Origin: Octopus sinensis
Taxonomy: Eukaryota
Direction: 5' to 3'
Length of the DNA: 27,456 nt
NCBI RefSeq assembly: GCF_006345805.1
Contig: NW_021833376.1
Location: 1-27,456 of the forward strand
Shown here in pieces: positions 12,100 through 22,875 of the stretch (within the stretch, counting starts at the first letter, position 1; each line of letters opens with the position of its first letter). The position numbers and the translations under genes are program-made. The notes below the pieces were generated by a model, which worked only from the letters and a program-made list of their open reading frames with translations, did no database searches and was not told where the DNA came from.

Positions 12100-12990
12100 G
12101 TAATTCTTCTTCATATCCTTATTGTACTTCTTCCTTTGTTTTTCTTTTTTTCTCTTTTTTCAATACTCTCAATTCCTAACTGACACTAGCAAGGTTTCCT
12201 TACTTTGGGCTAGGTATCTCTTAAAGCTCTTGAGTTTTGAACGTACGTAGTCTTCCGCACTTATCAGTCCCCTTCCTCCATTTGCTCTCTTCATGTATAG
12301 GCGATTAGTGTCTGCACGTAGATGATGGCTTCCATGCATCATTAGGAGCTTTCTTGACTTTCTGTCCATATTCTTTAGCTCATCCTCTGTTCACTTCAGG
12401 ATTCCAGTACCATACCAAAACTACTGCGACTGCGCGCGAGTTTATAGCCGAAATTATGTTTCTGGCATTCAGTACTTGAAGCCAGTACTTTTCTCACTCG
12501 CCGCAAGTAATCTCTGTTTGTCTTTTCCTTCATATCATTGTGTTTAATTCCATCTGCCTCAAGTATTCCCAGGTATTTATAGCTGGATTGAGGTTGAATT
12601 GCCTTCATCATTTCATCACTTGGCAAGCCTATGCCTTCTTTTCTGACAAGCTCTTCAAGAACTGACTGTGCATTTTCTTGTCCTGCCAAATTTTCTTCAT
12701 CTACTGTTTCTGGTCTTTCTTAAATTGTATTGGGTCTATGGCTGCGTTCACGTTTAAGGTTCCTTGCATTTTCTCTCTTCAATCATTTCTTCTTTATTCC
12801 CCTTGACATACCAAGCCAGGCTATTCTCCTCTTCCCTGACACGACCTTCACAACACACTAATCCCCGTCCTCCTTCCCTCCTCTTTACATACAATCTTGA
12901 CATATCACTCTTGCGGTGTAGTTTATAGTTCATTGTCATTAATTTACGTGTTCTCCAGTCTATCTCTTGTAATTCATATTTTTTCCAAGA
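12100..12990 (-). mobile_element. Two juxtaposed degraded RT-thumb fragments of R4/Dong-like elements
   Basis: SYKYLGILEADGIKH..DYLRRVRKVL and MDRKSRKLLMMHGSHHLRADTNRLYMKRANGGRGLI (about 12170-12690). A second copy of the same motif, RKLMTMNYKLHRKSDMSRLYVKRREGGRGL, lies at about 12750-12990. Confidence 0.85.
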
Positions 12991-12994
12991 TACT

Positions 12995-13118
12995 GTTCAT
13001 TTATAAAGTCATGTGATAGAAAAAAAAAAGTAAGCCAATGAAATAAAGGTGTGGGCTGGAAGGAAGGATAATTCACAGCGGCAATGCTCTTCTCAATAGA
13101 CGTACCAGGTAAGACAAT
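12995..13118 (-). mobile_element. Extreme 3' end of an R4/Dong-like element (same subfamily as 10799-11118)
   Basis: aattcacagcggcaatgctcttctca matches aattcacagcgacaatgctcttctca at 11018. It encodes KIVL.GT..LRRALPL*. Confidence 0.75.
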
Positions 13119-13160
13119 TTATTATTATCATCATCATCATCATCATCATTATTATTATTA

Positions 13161-13230
<70 letters not shown>

Positions 13231-13232
13231 CA

Positions 13233-13267
<35 letters not shown>

Positions 13268-13290
13268 TATTATTATTATCATTATTATTA

Positions 13291-13328
<38 letters not shown>

Positions 13329-13423
13329 TATTATTATTATTATTATTATCATTATTATCATCATTATATTATTATTATTATTTATTATTATTATTATCAT
13401 TATTATTATCATTATTATTATTA

Positions 13424-13476
<53 letters not shown>
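13119..13476. repeat. Long compound (ATT)/(ATC)n microsatellite
   Basis: Read directly from the sequence. Confidence 0.96.
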
Positions 13477-15657
13477 CCTATAGTCCCAAGTGCACCGATC
13501 ACAATAGACACCACATTCACTTTTAAGGCTCTATGGATGCGTCTCACTTCCAACGCTCGAACTTGGTACTTACCGACTTTCTCAGTCTCTGTCTTCACAA
13601 TAGTCTGGTCTGCAGGTAAAGCTATGTTGATGAAGGACCATTCTTTAGACTCTTCCGTAGGAGTGTGACAGCTGATCGGTTATGTGTAGATTGGCATATC
13701 CCATGTGAGCTTCACCTGATCATTCTCTACTACCGGAGGGCAAAGGTTGGTGCTATCATTTACTGGAACACTCTAGCCCATAATTTCTATTCAACTAGTG
13801 CATTCGCACTGCTACTTTGTCATGGCGTTTATCGTACTCCTTTTGGATCAGTTTTGCACATCCACTAATTATACGTTTGTCTCAGATGATTTTTTTCACA
13901 TAATCTACACAAAGGTGATACAATTATCTTATCAATACTATACTTGATGGAGTTGGTTCGTAAAGCTTGTTCTTGAGCAGCAACGATCAGTCCAGTCTCC
14001 TTTAAAAAAGAAAGAAATTTATTAACCATCACCAGTATTCTTCATCTGACTTATCCGATGTCTGTACTCATTTTGTACTCCTGGAGGGTCTCATTATTAT
14101 CACTGACCACCTTATCAGTGAAGTCTGCAACGTTCTTTCATCACTATTCCTCAGATAGGCATGCATAACGCTATCCTCTATTCTATTCCTCTATTCCAAC
14201 CAATTCTCTTCCACCTTACTAGGCAAGTAGAGACTTGCTACGTTACTTTTAGTATGAAGGCACCCATGCTTAGCCATTATCTTCCTAGTTTTTCTGTCCA
14301 TGTTGACCAGCTCTTCCTTTGTCCATTTCCAACTCCTGCGAAGTAGCGTAACACAGCTACAGCCAAAGCGTTGATGCTTCATATCAGGTTTCCTCTATTT
14401 AGTTTGCATCTACATAGCTTTTTTACTCTTCTGGTATATTCAGAAGAAACTTTTCCTTCATCTTAATATTTAGCCTAATTGTAAAACACCAAAATACTTG
14501 TAACCCTCTCCGTTCACTTCTTCAGTACGGTCATCAACTGGAAGTTGTATTTCTTTTCCCTCTCCCTTATTCAATAACAGCGCATTTGTCTAGACCAAAT
14601 GCCATCAGGAAAATTCGCACGGTCTGCTTGGCTCGTAAAACTTCAAATCGCCCATAAACAGCAGGTGGTTAATTGGCTTATGTTTTCCTGCAGTTTGTAA
14701 TCAGCTTCCATCGTCCCCAGAACCATGGAGAGCGGTAACATACTAAACGTACTAACTTAATGAACAGCAGAGTCTCCTTGAAAGATTCCCCTCTTGATGT
14801 TGACTTGTCCAGTTTCCCTTCCACCTTCTGTCAAAACAGTCTTCCAGTTCTTCATACTGTCTTTGAACAAATATATCATATTTTTTCTGCCCCGAATATC
14901 ACCAGGCATTTTAGAACCTGCGAGTGGGAAACCATATCATATGCCTTCTTATAGTCAATCCAAGCTATTGATAGGCTTGTCAACCATCTCCGACAGTTCC
15001 TCAAAATTACCTTATCTATCAGCAACTGATTCTTTGTTCCTCGTGATTCCTTCCTACAACATTTCTGTTAATCTGTTAGCAGTTCATTTTTTTTAAGATG
15101 GTCGTACAGTTTCTTTCCCATTATCCCATTTAGAAGCTTCCATATTACTGGTAAAGAAACAGTCGGACGATAGTTGCTGTCCACAGTACCCTTGACTGGG
15201 TCCTTCTGGATCAACACAGTTCTTCCGCTAACCATCCATTCTGGTACAATTCCTTGGAATACACAACCTTGCAGGATCTTTGTAGTTTAGAAGGTAAATT
15301 CGTCAAAACTTTGAATCGAAAACCTTGAACTAGGTCCGGTCCAGTTGCCTTCCAATTTTTCATCTAACTCCAACGTGATGGTAATGTCTTCTTGTCTCTC
15401 CATGTCATCGAATTTTCCTTCCACCTCATGAAACCAGGATGGCTTGTTGTGTTTGATAATTTCTGACCAGATCTTGCTCCAAAACGAAGTTGCTTCTTTG
15501 GAAATAGGTAACTCTGCTTCTTCCTTATCTCCTCCATCCAGACTCTCATAGAACAGAGTCTAATGTGCTTTAAACAGCTAGTTTTGTTTGAACTGTAGGC
15601 GTCTTTCCTCATTTTTTTTATCACAACTCCACTCGCTTCGATCTTTTGTGCTAACAT
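13477..15657 (-). mobile_element. Old, heavily degraded R4/Dong-like element with RT motifs 0-7, CCHC and endonuclease
   Basis: Fragments in the correct order: NWKATGPDLVQGF; NYRP..LPVIWKLL; [10 protein letters not shown]; [12 protein letters not shown]; GIFQGDS; INHLLFMGD; YKYFGV; MDRKTRKIMAKHGCLH; GLIVAAQEQALRTN; LCRLC; RHDKVA; IALPAD..EKVGKYQ..IVIGALGTI. Many stops and frameshifts. Confidence 0.88.
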
Positions 15658-15689
15658 TTGTCGTCATCATCATCATCATTATCATTATT

Positions 15690-15895
15690 GGGCGGTAGAC
15701 CGGCAGACTCATTAGATCATCGGAAAATGCTTTGTGAAAGTTTTTTCTCGTTTTTCTCGTTCTGCATTCAAAATTTCTTCCTTTCAGGGTCAATAAAATA
15801 AAATATCAGCAAAATCTCGGAGCCGTTGGTATCGCCTAATACCTTTCACTAAAAAATTACTTGCTGTGTACTGAAAAAGGAAATCATTATTATTA
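15690..15895 (+). mobile_element. Degraded family-A SINE, preceded by (ATC)n at 15664-15688
   Basis: ggcggtagaccggcagactcattag .. gttctgcattcaaaattt .. cctttcagggtcaataaaata .. attattatt aligns with the family consensus seen in the window. Confidence 0.7.
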
Positions 15896-15929
15896 CTCGG
15901 GGTGGGGGACTGAAAATCATTATGGCGTC

Positions 15930-16101
15930 GAAAAAATCCGTCTTGTGGCATTTCGTTCAGCCCTTTACCGAGTTTACCTTTATGAGTTGAAATCTAACGG
16001 TGGTTAGCTTTGCCTTTCACCCTTTCTGAGTGGTTAAAATAAAGTGCCAGTCAAATATTGACATCAATGGTATCAACTGACTCCTGTCCATCAAACTTGG
16101 T
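15930..16101 (+). mobile_element. Degraded family-A SINE
   Basis: ggcatttcgttc..atgagttgaaat..ctttgcctttcaccctttc..ccttgtgcttaaattagaa. Confidence 0.75.
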
Positions 16102-16127
16102 AGCCTTGTGCTTAAATTAGAAGCAAG

Positions 16128-16350
16128 GGTGGCGTGTTGGCAGAGTCGTTAAAGCGTTGGACAAAATGCTTTGCGGTATTTCTTCCGGTTCTTTACTTTC
16201 TGAGTTCAATTCCCATTGTGGTCAACTTTACCTTTCATCCTTCCGGCCTCGAAAAAATAAAATACCTGTAAAAAACTCGGGTCGATGGATTCGTTTAGCT
16301 TCCTCTTCTCAGAGTTGATGGCCTTGTGCATAATTTAGAAACCATTATTA
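16128..16350 (+). mobile_element. Family-A SINE
   Basis: ggtggcgtgttggcagagtcgtt..ttctgagttcaattccc..ggccttgtgcataatttagaaaccattatt. Confidence 0.85.
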
Positions 16351-16500
16351 TAAATCATTGATGACAGGCATACATTTCTGCGCTCAGTATTTTTTAAAGC
16401 AACTGCTGATGCAAAATGCATGTGTAAATATTTCGCTATTTTTTTTTGTTAACTTCGAAGTATTGAATGTTTAAATGAAAGTTAATATTTCAAATAACTT

Positions 16501-16544
16501 AGTCTTTCCCCTCCGCCGAAATTTCTGGTCTTGTGCCAAAATAG
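16501..16544 (+). mobile_element. 44-bp SINE 3' stub with a 15-bp target-site duplication
   Basis: tatttcaaataactt at 16486-16500 and 16545-16559. The insert cccctccgccgaaatttctggtcttgtgccaaaat matches the family-A 3' end. Confidence 0.8.
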
Positions 16545-16639
16545 TATTTCAAATAACTTTACGGGAGCGTCCCCCCCTCTCTCTAAGAAACAAACAATTT
16601 TCAGAGCAGTTTTAAGGAGATAAAATATAACATACTGAT

Positions 16640-16751
16640 AGTTTGGGCAGAACCAACCTCGGAGGAATTTGAGCTGAGAACGTAAAGACGGACGAAATGC
16701 CGCTAGGCATTTTGCTTGGCATACTAACGATTCAGTCAGCTCTCCGCTCTT
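16640..16751 (-). mobile_element. 5' part of a family-A SINE
   Basis: cctcggaggaatttgagctgagaacgtaaagacggacgaaatgccgcta..ctaacgattc. Confidence 0.8.
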
Positions 16752-16979
16752 AGTAATGTTGGTAATAATAAGAAAGAAAACATAATAGCCACAGTAGTTG
16801 CAATATCAGTCAATGGCATCTGCTTGAAGCTATCTTTATATTGACACCACTAACAACTTAGCAAGGGAACCTCTGTGTGGTCGCTCGAATGGTTAGAAAT
16901 AGCAGTCAAATCTTCTTTCTTAAGACAGGGAAAAGATACATTAAATAATGATTTCTAAAAATTTAATATTTCTAATATA

Positions 16980-17154
16980 AACATAAGGTCTGGAATTTGG
17001 AGGAGGGGTTAGTTGATTAACTCGACCCTAGCGCTTGACTGCAACTTCAGAAGGATGAAAGGCGATGTCAAACACGGTGACATTTGAACTTAGAACGTAA
17101 TGAATCGGAAGAACAAGAGCTGCCGACGTGCTAACGATTCTGCCAACTCACTGC
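16980..17154 (-). mobile_element. Degraded family-A SINE
   Basis: gaaggatgaaaggc..atttgaacttagaacg..gtgctaacgattctgccaactc. Confidence 0.78.
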
Positions 17155-17609
17155 TTTTTTTTTTTATTCAATAATAATGATTACTTTTATTCATATTATA
17201 TGAATAAAAATAATAATTCATTATCATTAAATATAAAAAATTCCCTATATAAATTTGAAAGAAGGGAAGGTCATGGCTGAAGAGTCTCATTGATCAGAAC
17301 CAAAACAGTCTAAACAATTGTAGCAATGACAATAAAGGTTAAGGAGGAACTGTAAGGCGTATTAACAACAGTGACAGTTACAACAACATCAGTGACATGA
17401 TCCAATGAGAAAGTATCTACGTGGTCAATTAATCTGCTGGGAATAGCCGTCCAAACGTTCTCAAATCACAACTTTTCTATTAAAAATGGAAGAGGGTGTG
17501 GGTGAGGTAGCTTTTAGATAAATTATCTTCGAAGAATATTGGATGGTTACAGATGGAACCTCTTTGATCATAGGTATACTTGATCAAGGTGTTGCTTCGT
17601 AACTCTTTT

Positions 17610-17835
17610 ATTCTTTTACTTGTTTGAGTCATTTGACTGCGGCCATGCTGGAGCACCGCCTTTAGTCGAGCAAATCGGCCCCAGGACTTATTCTTTGGAA
17701 GCCTAGTACTTATTCTATCGGGCTCTTTTGCCGAACCGCTAAGTTACGGGGACGTAAACACACCACCATCGGTTGTCAAGCAATGTTGGAGGGACCAAAC
17801 ACAAACACACACACACACACACCACACACACACAC

Positions 17836-17866
<31 letters not shown>

Positions 17867-18030
17867 TATACGACGGGCTTCTTTCAGTTTCCGTCTACCA
17901 AATCCACTCACAAGGCTTTGGTCGGCCCGAGGCTATAGTAGAAGACACTTGCCCAAAGTGCCACGCAGTGGGACTGAACCCGGAACCATGTGGTTGGTAA
18001 GCAAGCTACTTACCACACAGCCACTCCTAC
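17610..18030 (-). mobile_element. Well-preserved tRNA-headed SINE, family B, with internal (CA)n/(TA)n
   Basis: The minus-strand head aggagtggctgtgtggtaagtagcttgcttaccaaccacatggttccgggttcagtcccactgcgtggcac has A- and B-box-like motifs. The body is colinear with 5353-5716. Confidence 0.9.
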
Positions 18031-18854
18031 ACCTATGTTAGTACAAATAAAAAAAGAAAATGAAAGCTGTAAAGGCAATATAGAACCAAACTTCGATAAA
18101 AGCCTATCAAAGGAAGAAGACCTCCGCCTTACATGATTTCTCCTTCAAACTAATTTAGAAGTCGATTAGATTCAGAGACGCATTGGGTAATACAACATTT
18201 TCCCCTATCCTTCTACGAGCTAGTTACAGAAAATTACTAAATTCAGAGAAGTGAATGTCAGGCTTAAATTCAAGGAACAGATAATGAAGCATAGAACCAC
18301 GATACCATGCACAGACAAGTTTCTACCAGAACCCTAGTATTAATGAAATAGGTTTACATGTTTGAACGTAATATATGTCATTTAACTTTGACTCGTGGTT
18401 GGCTATAAAAAGGACTAACAGAATATTGAGATTTGGTAGAACCGATTTAGAGTGAGTTTGGTGTTCCTGAGCATGTCTGTTCTCTGTAAGGTAGTGAAGA
18501 GGTAAAGAGGTATACTGCTGTTTAGCCCAAGCAAGCCTTGGTTACTAGACATATGATTAACATTCTTCTTACCAAGTCCATTTTGCACCTTATTTTCTTT
18601 TGCAGTAGCGATCTAAACTTGTAATAAAATGTGCGGTTTTTGAAAAACTTTTTAGCCACATATATTTTCTAGTTCAATATATAAATTACGACATCAATTC
18701 GTAGCATAGGTATCACCGGTGACGTATTTGTACGGAACAAATATATTCAATTCTGTACTGCGTGAGTCACCGGTGATACACATGGTAGGAAAAGTGTTAA
18801 CGGTATTCCAGATATGAATTTGTAGTCTTTGGTTTTCAGGTAAAGTTTGCTCTG

Positions 18855-19095
18855 GACCACGTTATCCTTAGTGTGATTTTCCCAAACAGAAGTGTGTGGT
18901 TTACGGCAGAATAAAAATACAGCGTCTCCAAGTTGCTAGAAATAGTAATCATACTCTGAAGTATGCTTTGAATAATGTAGTATAATGTAATACTTAGAAA
19001 GAAGGGATCGTCACGGTTGGAAAGATATTGGCCATGTACCTACCTGTTCGATCAGGGCTAACCTAGGTCCTATCAACAACAATAACAACAAAATC
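18855..19095 (+). mobile_element. Third interspersed repeat family with an (AAC)n tail. Other degraded copies at about 16860-16950(+), 17405-17600(+), 18515-18560(-), 20820-20990(-) and 21035-21180(-)
   Basis: Shared cores (g)ctagaaatagcag.caaat and gatcataggt...tgatca(a/g)gg..g.ctaa(a)caac recur at these positions. Boundaries are approximate. Confidence 0.55.
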
Positions 19096-19262
19096 AGCAA
19101 CAACTACAGCAATAACCTCTACAAAAAAGAACAATAGTTAAAGCCATACTATCTACAATGAAAACAATACCTACAAAGTAAGAAACAGCAATGCTGAAAG
19201 TCCCGACCTGATGTTGCGACAGCCCCCACCAATCTGGTTGTATGGATAAGAGAATATATATT

Positions 19263-19479
19263 GGTTCAAATTTTGGCACAACGCCAACAATTTCGGAGGA
19301 GGGATAAATCAATTATATTGATTCCAGAGCTCAGCTGGTAACTTAACTTATCAACGTCGAAAGGATGAAAGACAAAGTCGACCTCGGCAGAATTTCAAGT
19401 CAGAACGCAAAGACGGACGAAATGCCGCTAAGTATTTAACCCGGCGTGCTAACGTTTGAGACAGCTCGCTGCCTTGATT
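19263..19479 (-). mobile_element. Full-length family-A SINE with a 14-bp target-site duplication
   Basis: agagaatatatatt at 19249-19262 and 19480-19493. Head: aaggcagcgagctgtc. Confidence 0.9.
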
Positions 19480-19828
19480 AGAGAATATATATTAAGGTCG
19501 CCACTGTGTTGTGGATAATCTTTTAGTAATATCCTCTTAATATCCTCATTAGCAATATCCTCTAAATTCAGAAGACGTGAAATCTTATTCCCTAACGAAA
19601 TCTAAAAGAAGTTTTGTGATGAGTGACAGGAACCAGTGGAAGAAAGACAGATATTTAGATAAAATAAATGGGAACACATTTGTCTGGTAAGCAAGATATT
19701 CGAAATTCAATTTCCAACAGTCCATATCTTTTCTTTTTTTCTTTTTTTTTTAGCTTTCTAGCTTAAATTATTGTTTTAAAAAAAGGAAGTGAGCTGTAGA
19801 AATATTAGCCCTCGCAGACAAAATTGCT

Positions 19829-19990
19829 GCACGGCATTTCGTCCGTTTTTACGTTCTGAGCACAAATTCCACCGTGGCCGACTTTGCATTTTTTCCTTTC
19901 GGGGTCGATAAATTAAGTACCAGCTACATACATAATCGACTGCCCCCGCTACCAAATTTCGGTCCTTGTGCCTAGGGTAGAAAAGAATAT
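19829..19990 (+). mobile_element. Family-A SINE, 5' truncated
   Basis: ggcatttcgtccgtttttacgttctgagcacaaattcc..ccttgtgcctagggtagaaaag. Confidence 0.85.
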
Positions 19991-20014
19991 TTCTTCGTTG
20001 TAATGATTTTTTTT

Positions 20015-20224
20015 AAGGTGGCGAACTGGCAGAAACGTTAGCATGCTGGGCGAAATGCTTTGCGACCTTTCGTCTACCGTTACGTTCTGAGTTCAAATTC
20101 CGCCGAGATCGACTTTGCATTTTCTCCTTTCGGGGTCGATGAAATAAGTATCATTCGATGTAATCGAGTAGCTCGCCCACATCAAATTTCAGGCCTTGTG
20201 CCTATAACAGAAAGGGATATTATT
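20015..20224 (+). mobile_element. Family-A SINE, near full length
   Basis: aaggtggcgaactggcagaaacgttagc..gttctgagttcaaattccgccgag..ggccttgtgcctataacagaaagggatattatt. Confidence 0.9.
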
Positions 20225-20422
20225 TACGAATATGATATTACAATCTTTCCAATAAAGATTTATTCAAATATTTCATAAGTCAATTTTCTTTTATATGTCA
20301 AACCAAGATGTGACACCTTGCTGTATTAGACATTAGTGGAAGGAACCTGCCTCAACGTAAGTAAGTTACTGACGATTTTCAGATGAGAAACACAATCTCA
20401 TTTGTTGAAGTCACTCTTCAGT

Positions 20423-20427
<5 letters not shown>

Positions 20428-20461
<34 letters not shown>

Positions 20462-20530
20462 GGAGAGAGAGAGAGAGGAGGGGGAAGAGGAGAGAGATAT
20501 AAAAAGATACAGAGAGGGAGAGAAATAGAG
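20428..20530. repeat. (GA)n microsatellite and purine tract
   Basis: Read directly from the sequence. Confidence 0.93.
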
Positions 20531-20633
20531 AGGAAAAGGAAGCGAGGGATTACAAAGAATTGGTCAAGAGAAAAGATCAAAGAAAGAAGAAATTTGTAAG
20601 GTTGTAAAACTTTTGTTGTTATTGTTAACACCT

Positions 20634-20748
20634 TAGTCATGGGCAGCCTGCGGCCCGTGGGAATTTCTGAAGGGTACATCTAACGAAAAATTGAGGATGA
20701 GCCATGTATCATGCAGTCCACTTCTAGAAAAAGGTTGCCCATCCTATA
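20634..20748. mobile_element. Possible hAT (Charlie-like) MITE remnant
   Basis: Imperfect terminal inverted repeats tagtcatgggcagcct / aggttgcccatccta, with gcggcccg just inside, resemble hAT ends. No clear 8-bp TSD. Confidence 0.5.
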
Positions 20749-21587
20749 GACAATCCTCGACGGAGAAGGTCATATCATAAACAGTACTTTAACGCTATTA
20801 TTTACTCCGACTCAGTGATTATCCATCAAAGCTGTGATTAAAAGTATTCCAAATGAAACCATCTTGCTCTTGTTTCTCCGGGTATAATACATTTTTATCT
20901 CTCATTTATTTTTTCGAACAGAACGTAATTTACAAGAGATTTGGTTGCTATCTCTGCAGGTCAAGAGATATCCATATATGCTTCCTCATCGGCTGGTGCA
21001 TAAAACTGTTGATTAACACCACTCAACCCTAATCGAGCAGAACTATTATTAAAGGCGTCCCAGTCTTGACTACTTCGTTCTTGGTGTACTTAAGTCTTTA
21101 TTTATAAAACAATAGGATATGTTAAAAAAAAATTTAGCTGCTACCTCTAGCAGATCAATGGACTACGAAGAAATTCTGTCATTGGAATGTATAAAAATCG
21201 TTTGATTTGGAATGTTAAACACAACATGCCTATTTGTTTAGATCCAGATATGAATGCATCCTCTCGTACCTTTCGAGATACATTTGGTTTGTAAAAGACA
21301 TCGGAGAAAGCGATTTGTTTTACAAATCACGAGGAGTAAAGGTGTAAAATGAAAGCTAAAAATGAATAATACGCCATTTGGTATAGCATTCGTTTGAATT
21401 TCGGTCCTTTTAGAATATATTTTATTTCTCATATCAACGTCGTCTTTTAGAAACTTTAAGAATTGTTACTTTGTTGACAAAACAGTATTGTTGTGGTAGA
21501 CCATAAAATGATAACATGAAAAACAGGAAAACGAAAAACGATGACTTCAACCAATATAGTGTCTGTATGCGCATACTGTGGAAAGCA

Positions 21588-21612
21588 CACACACATATAT
21601 ATATACTGTATG

Positions 21613-21665
<53 letters not shown>

Positions 21666-21700
21666 TATATATATGCATGTGTCTATTTATATATATATGT
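21588..21700. repeat. (CA)/(TA)n microsatellite
   Basis: Read directly from the sequence. Confidence 0.93.
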
Positions 21701-22823
21701 GTTTTCATATTTTCTGGAGGTTGGCGAGTTCTGTATGTGTATATGAATATGTAAATTGATGCATGTGTATGCATATACGAGTGTGTATTAGTATATTAAT
21801 GTTATCTATAAATATGTACTTTCACACAGACACATAAACACTCTTGCATGTATACGTGTACGTTGTCTATAACAAACAAAAATTACTCAATATTTGGTGT
21901 AGAGTATAATTATATTTATTCAGCTAATGCCTTTTGTCGTTACCTCAAGTATTTTGAATGAACTATCTATCAGACGGCTACGCTGCACTATAATGAAAAA
22001 CAAGTCTTAATTGATGACGATGCTGAGACCTCATCGTTTCATTAATTAAAACAGAACAGTGAGTCGTAAAAATTAAGAAATTTGTATAGTTTAACCCCTT
22101 GATAGTTTAAATGTACCCACAAATGTTGCAATGATTTCCTTATGCGGATTAGTACATTACGAAATCTTCAACAAAATTTCTGTTAAGCCTGGCTATGGTT
22201 TATGGGTAACATATGATAAAAGGTTTCTAACGATAACCAAAAATCTATAAACACTCCTCTACCAAATATAAATGCAATTGTATAGATACGACTGTGTGAT
22301 CTTTAGTTAGAAATAGTATACAGAATAGTATAAAGAAATAGTATATTAAAATTGGTAGATAGAGTGGGAAGTCGTAAATCAGGTTAACCGAGAATGCTTT
22401 TATAACAAGTTACACACAACATACCTAATCGTTTAGATCCAGATATGAGTGCGCTCTCACGTACCTTTCGAGATACATTTCGTTTGTAAAAAACATCGGA
22501 GATAGCGATTCTATAATAAAATGGAGTATTGCTGCAAAGGTAAAGGCATACAACTGTAACGAGATCCAATGTCAACTGTGCAACTGAAAAAGCAAGATTC
22601 TGACATTACCCGACTATACCAGGAAAGAAGAACTCTTCTCGTCGTATCTCAATGCACGAGTAGATTTTCCAACTACAGCCAACACATGCAGCAGCAAGTA
22701 ATTTGGTGCGAAAAACAAAAATGAAATTTTAGCTACATATCGACTCAAGTACAATAACCCACTTAAAAATGTGTTCGTGTGTGCCATACGTGGTCTGATC
22801 AATACGTATCACGAATCACGACT

Positions 22824-22837
22824 GTTGCCATAGTAAC
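22824..22837. promoter_or_regulatory. RFX X-box
   Basis: GTTGCCATAGTAAC fits the 14-bp GTYNCY-AT-RGNAAC consensus, in a locally CpG-rich, repeat-free context. Confidence 0.65.
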
Positions 22838-22875
22838 GAAGTTAAAGCACCAGAGAGACGCCGCAGGGCAAAAAC

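Noticed and set aside
15750-15840. Strong-looking plus-strand acceptor (tttcttcctttcag|ggtc) and peptide VNKIKYQQNLGAVGIA*
   Set aside because: It is a decayed family-A SINE (cctttcggggtcgataaaata).
17960-18030. tRNA-like A/B boxes here and at the family-A heads
   Set aside because: These are SINE heads continuous with SINE bodies, and I could not build a full cloverleaf with an acceptor stem.
19094-19250. ORF with a hydrophobic stretch and Cys-rich end (..ALTIVLFCRGYCCSCC*)
   Set aside because: It is the antisense reading of a degenerate (AAC)n tail, and its start lies inside a SINE.
19615-19690. GTGATGA C-box-like motif suggesting a C/D snoRNA
   Set aside because: There is no CTGA D box at a suitable distance and no terminal stem.
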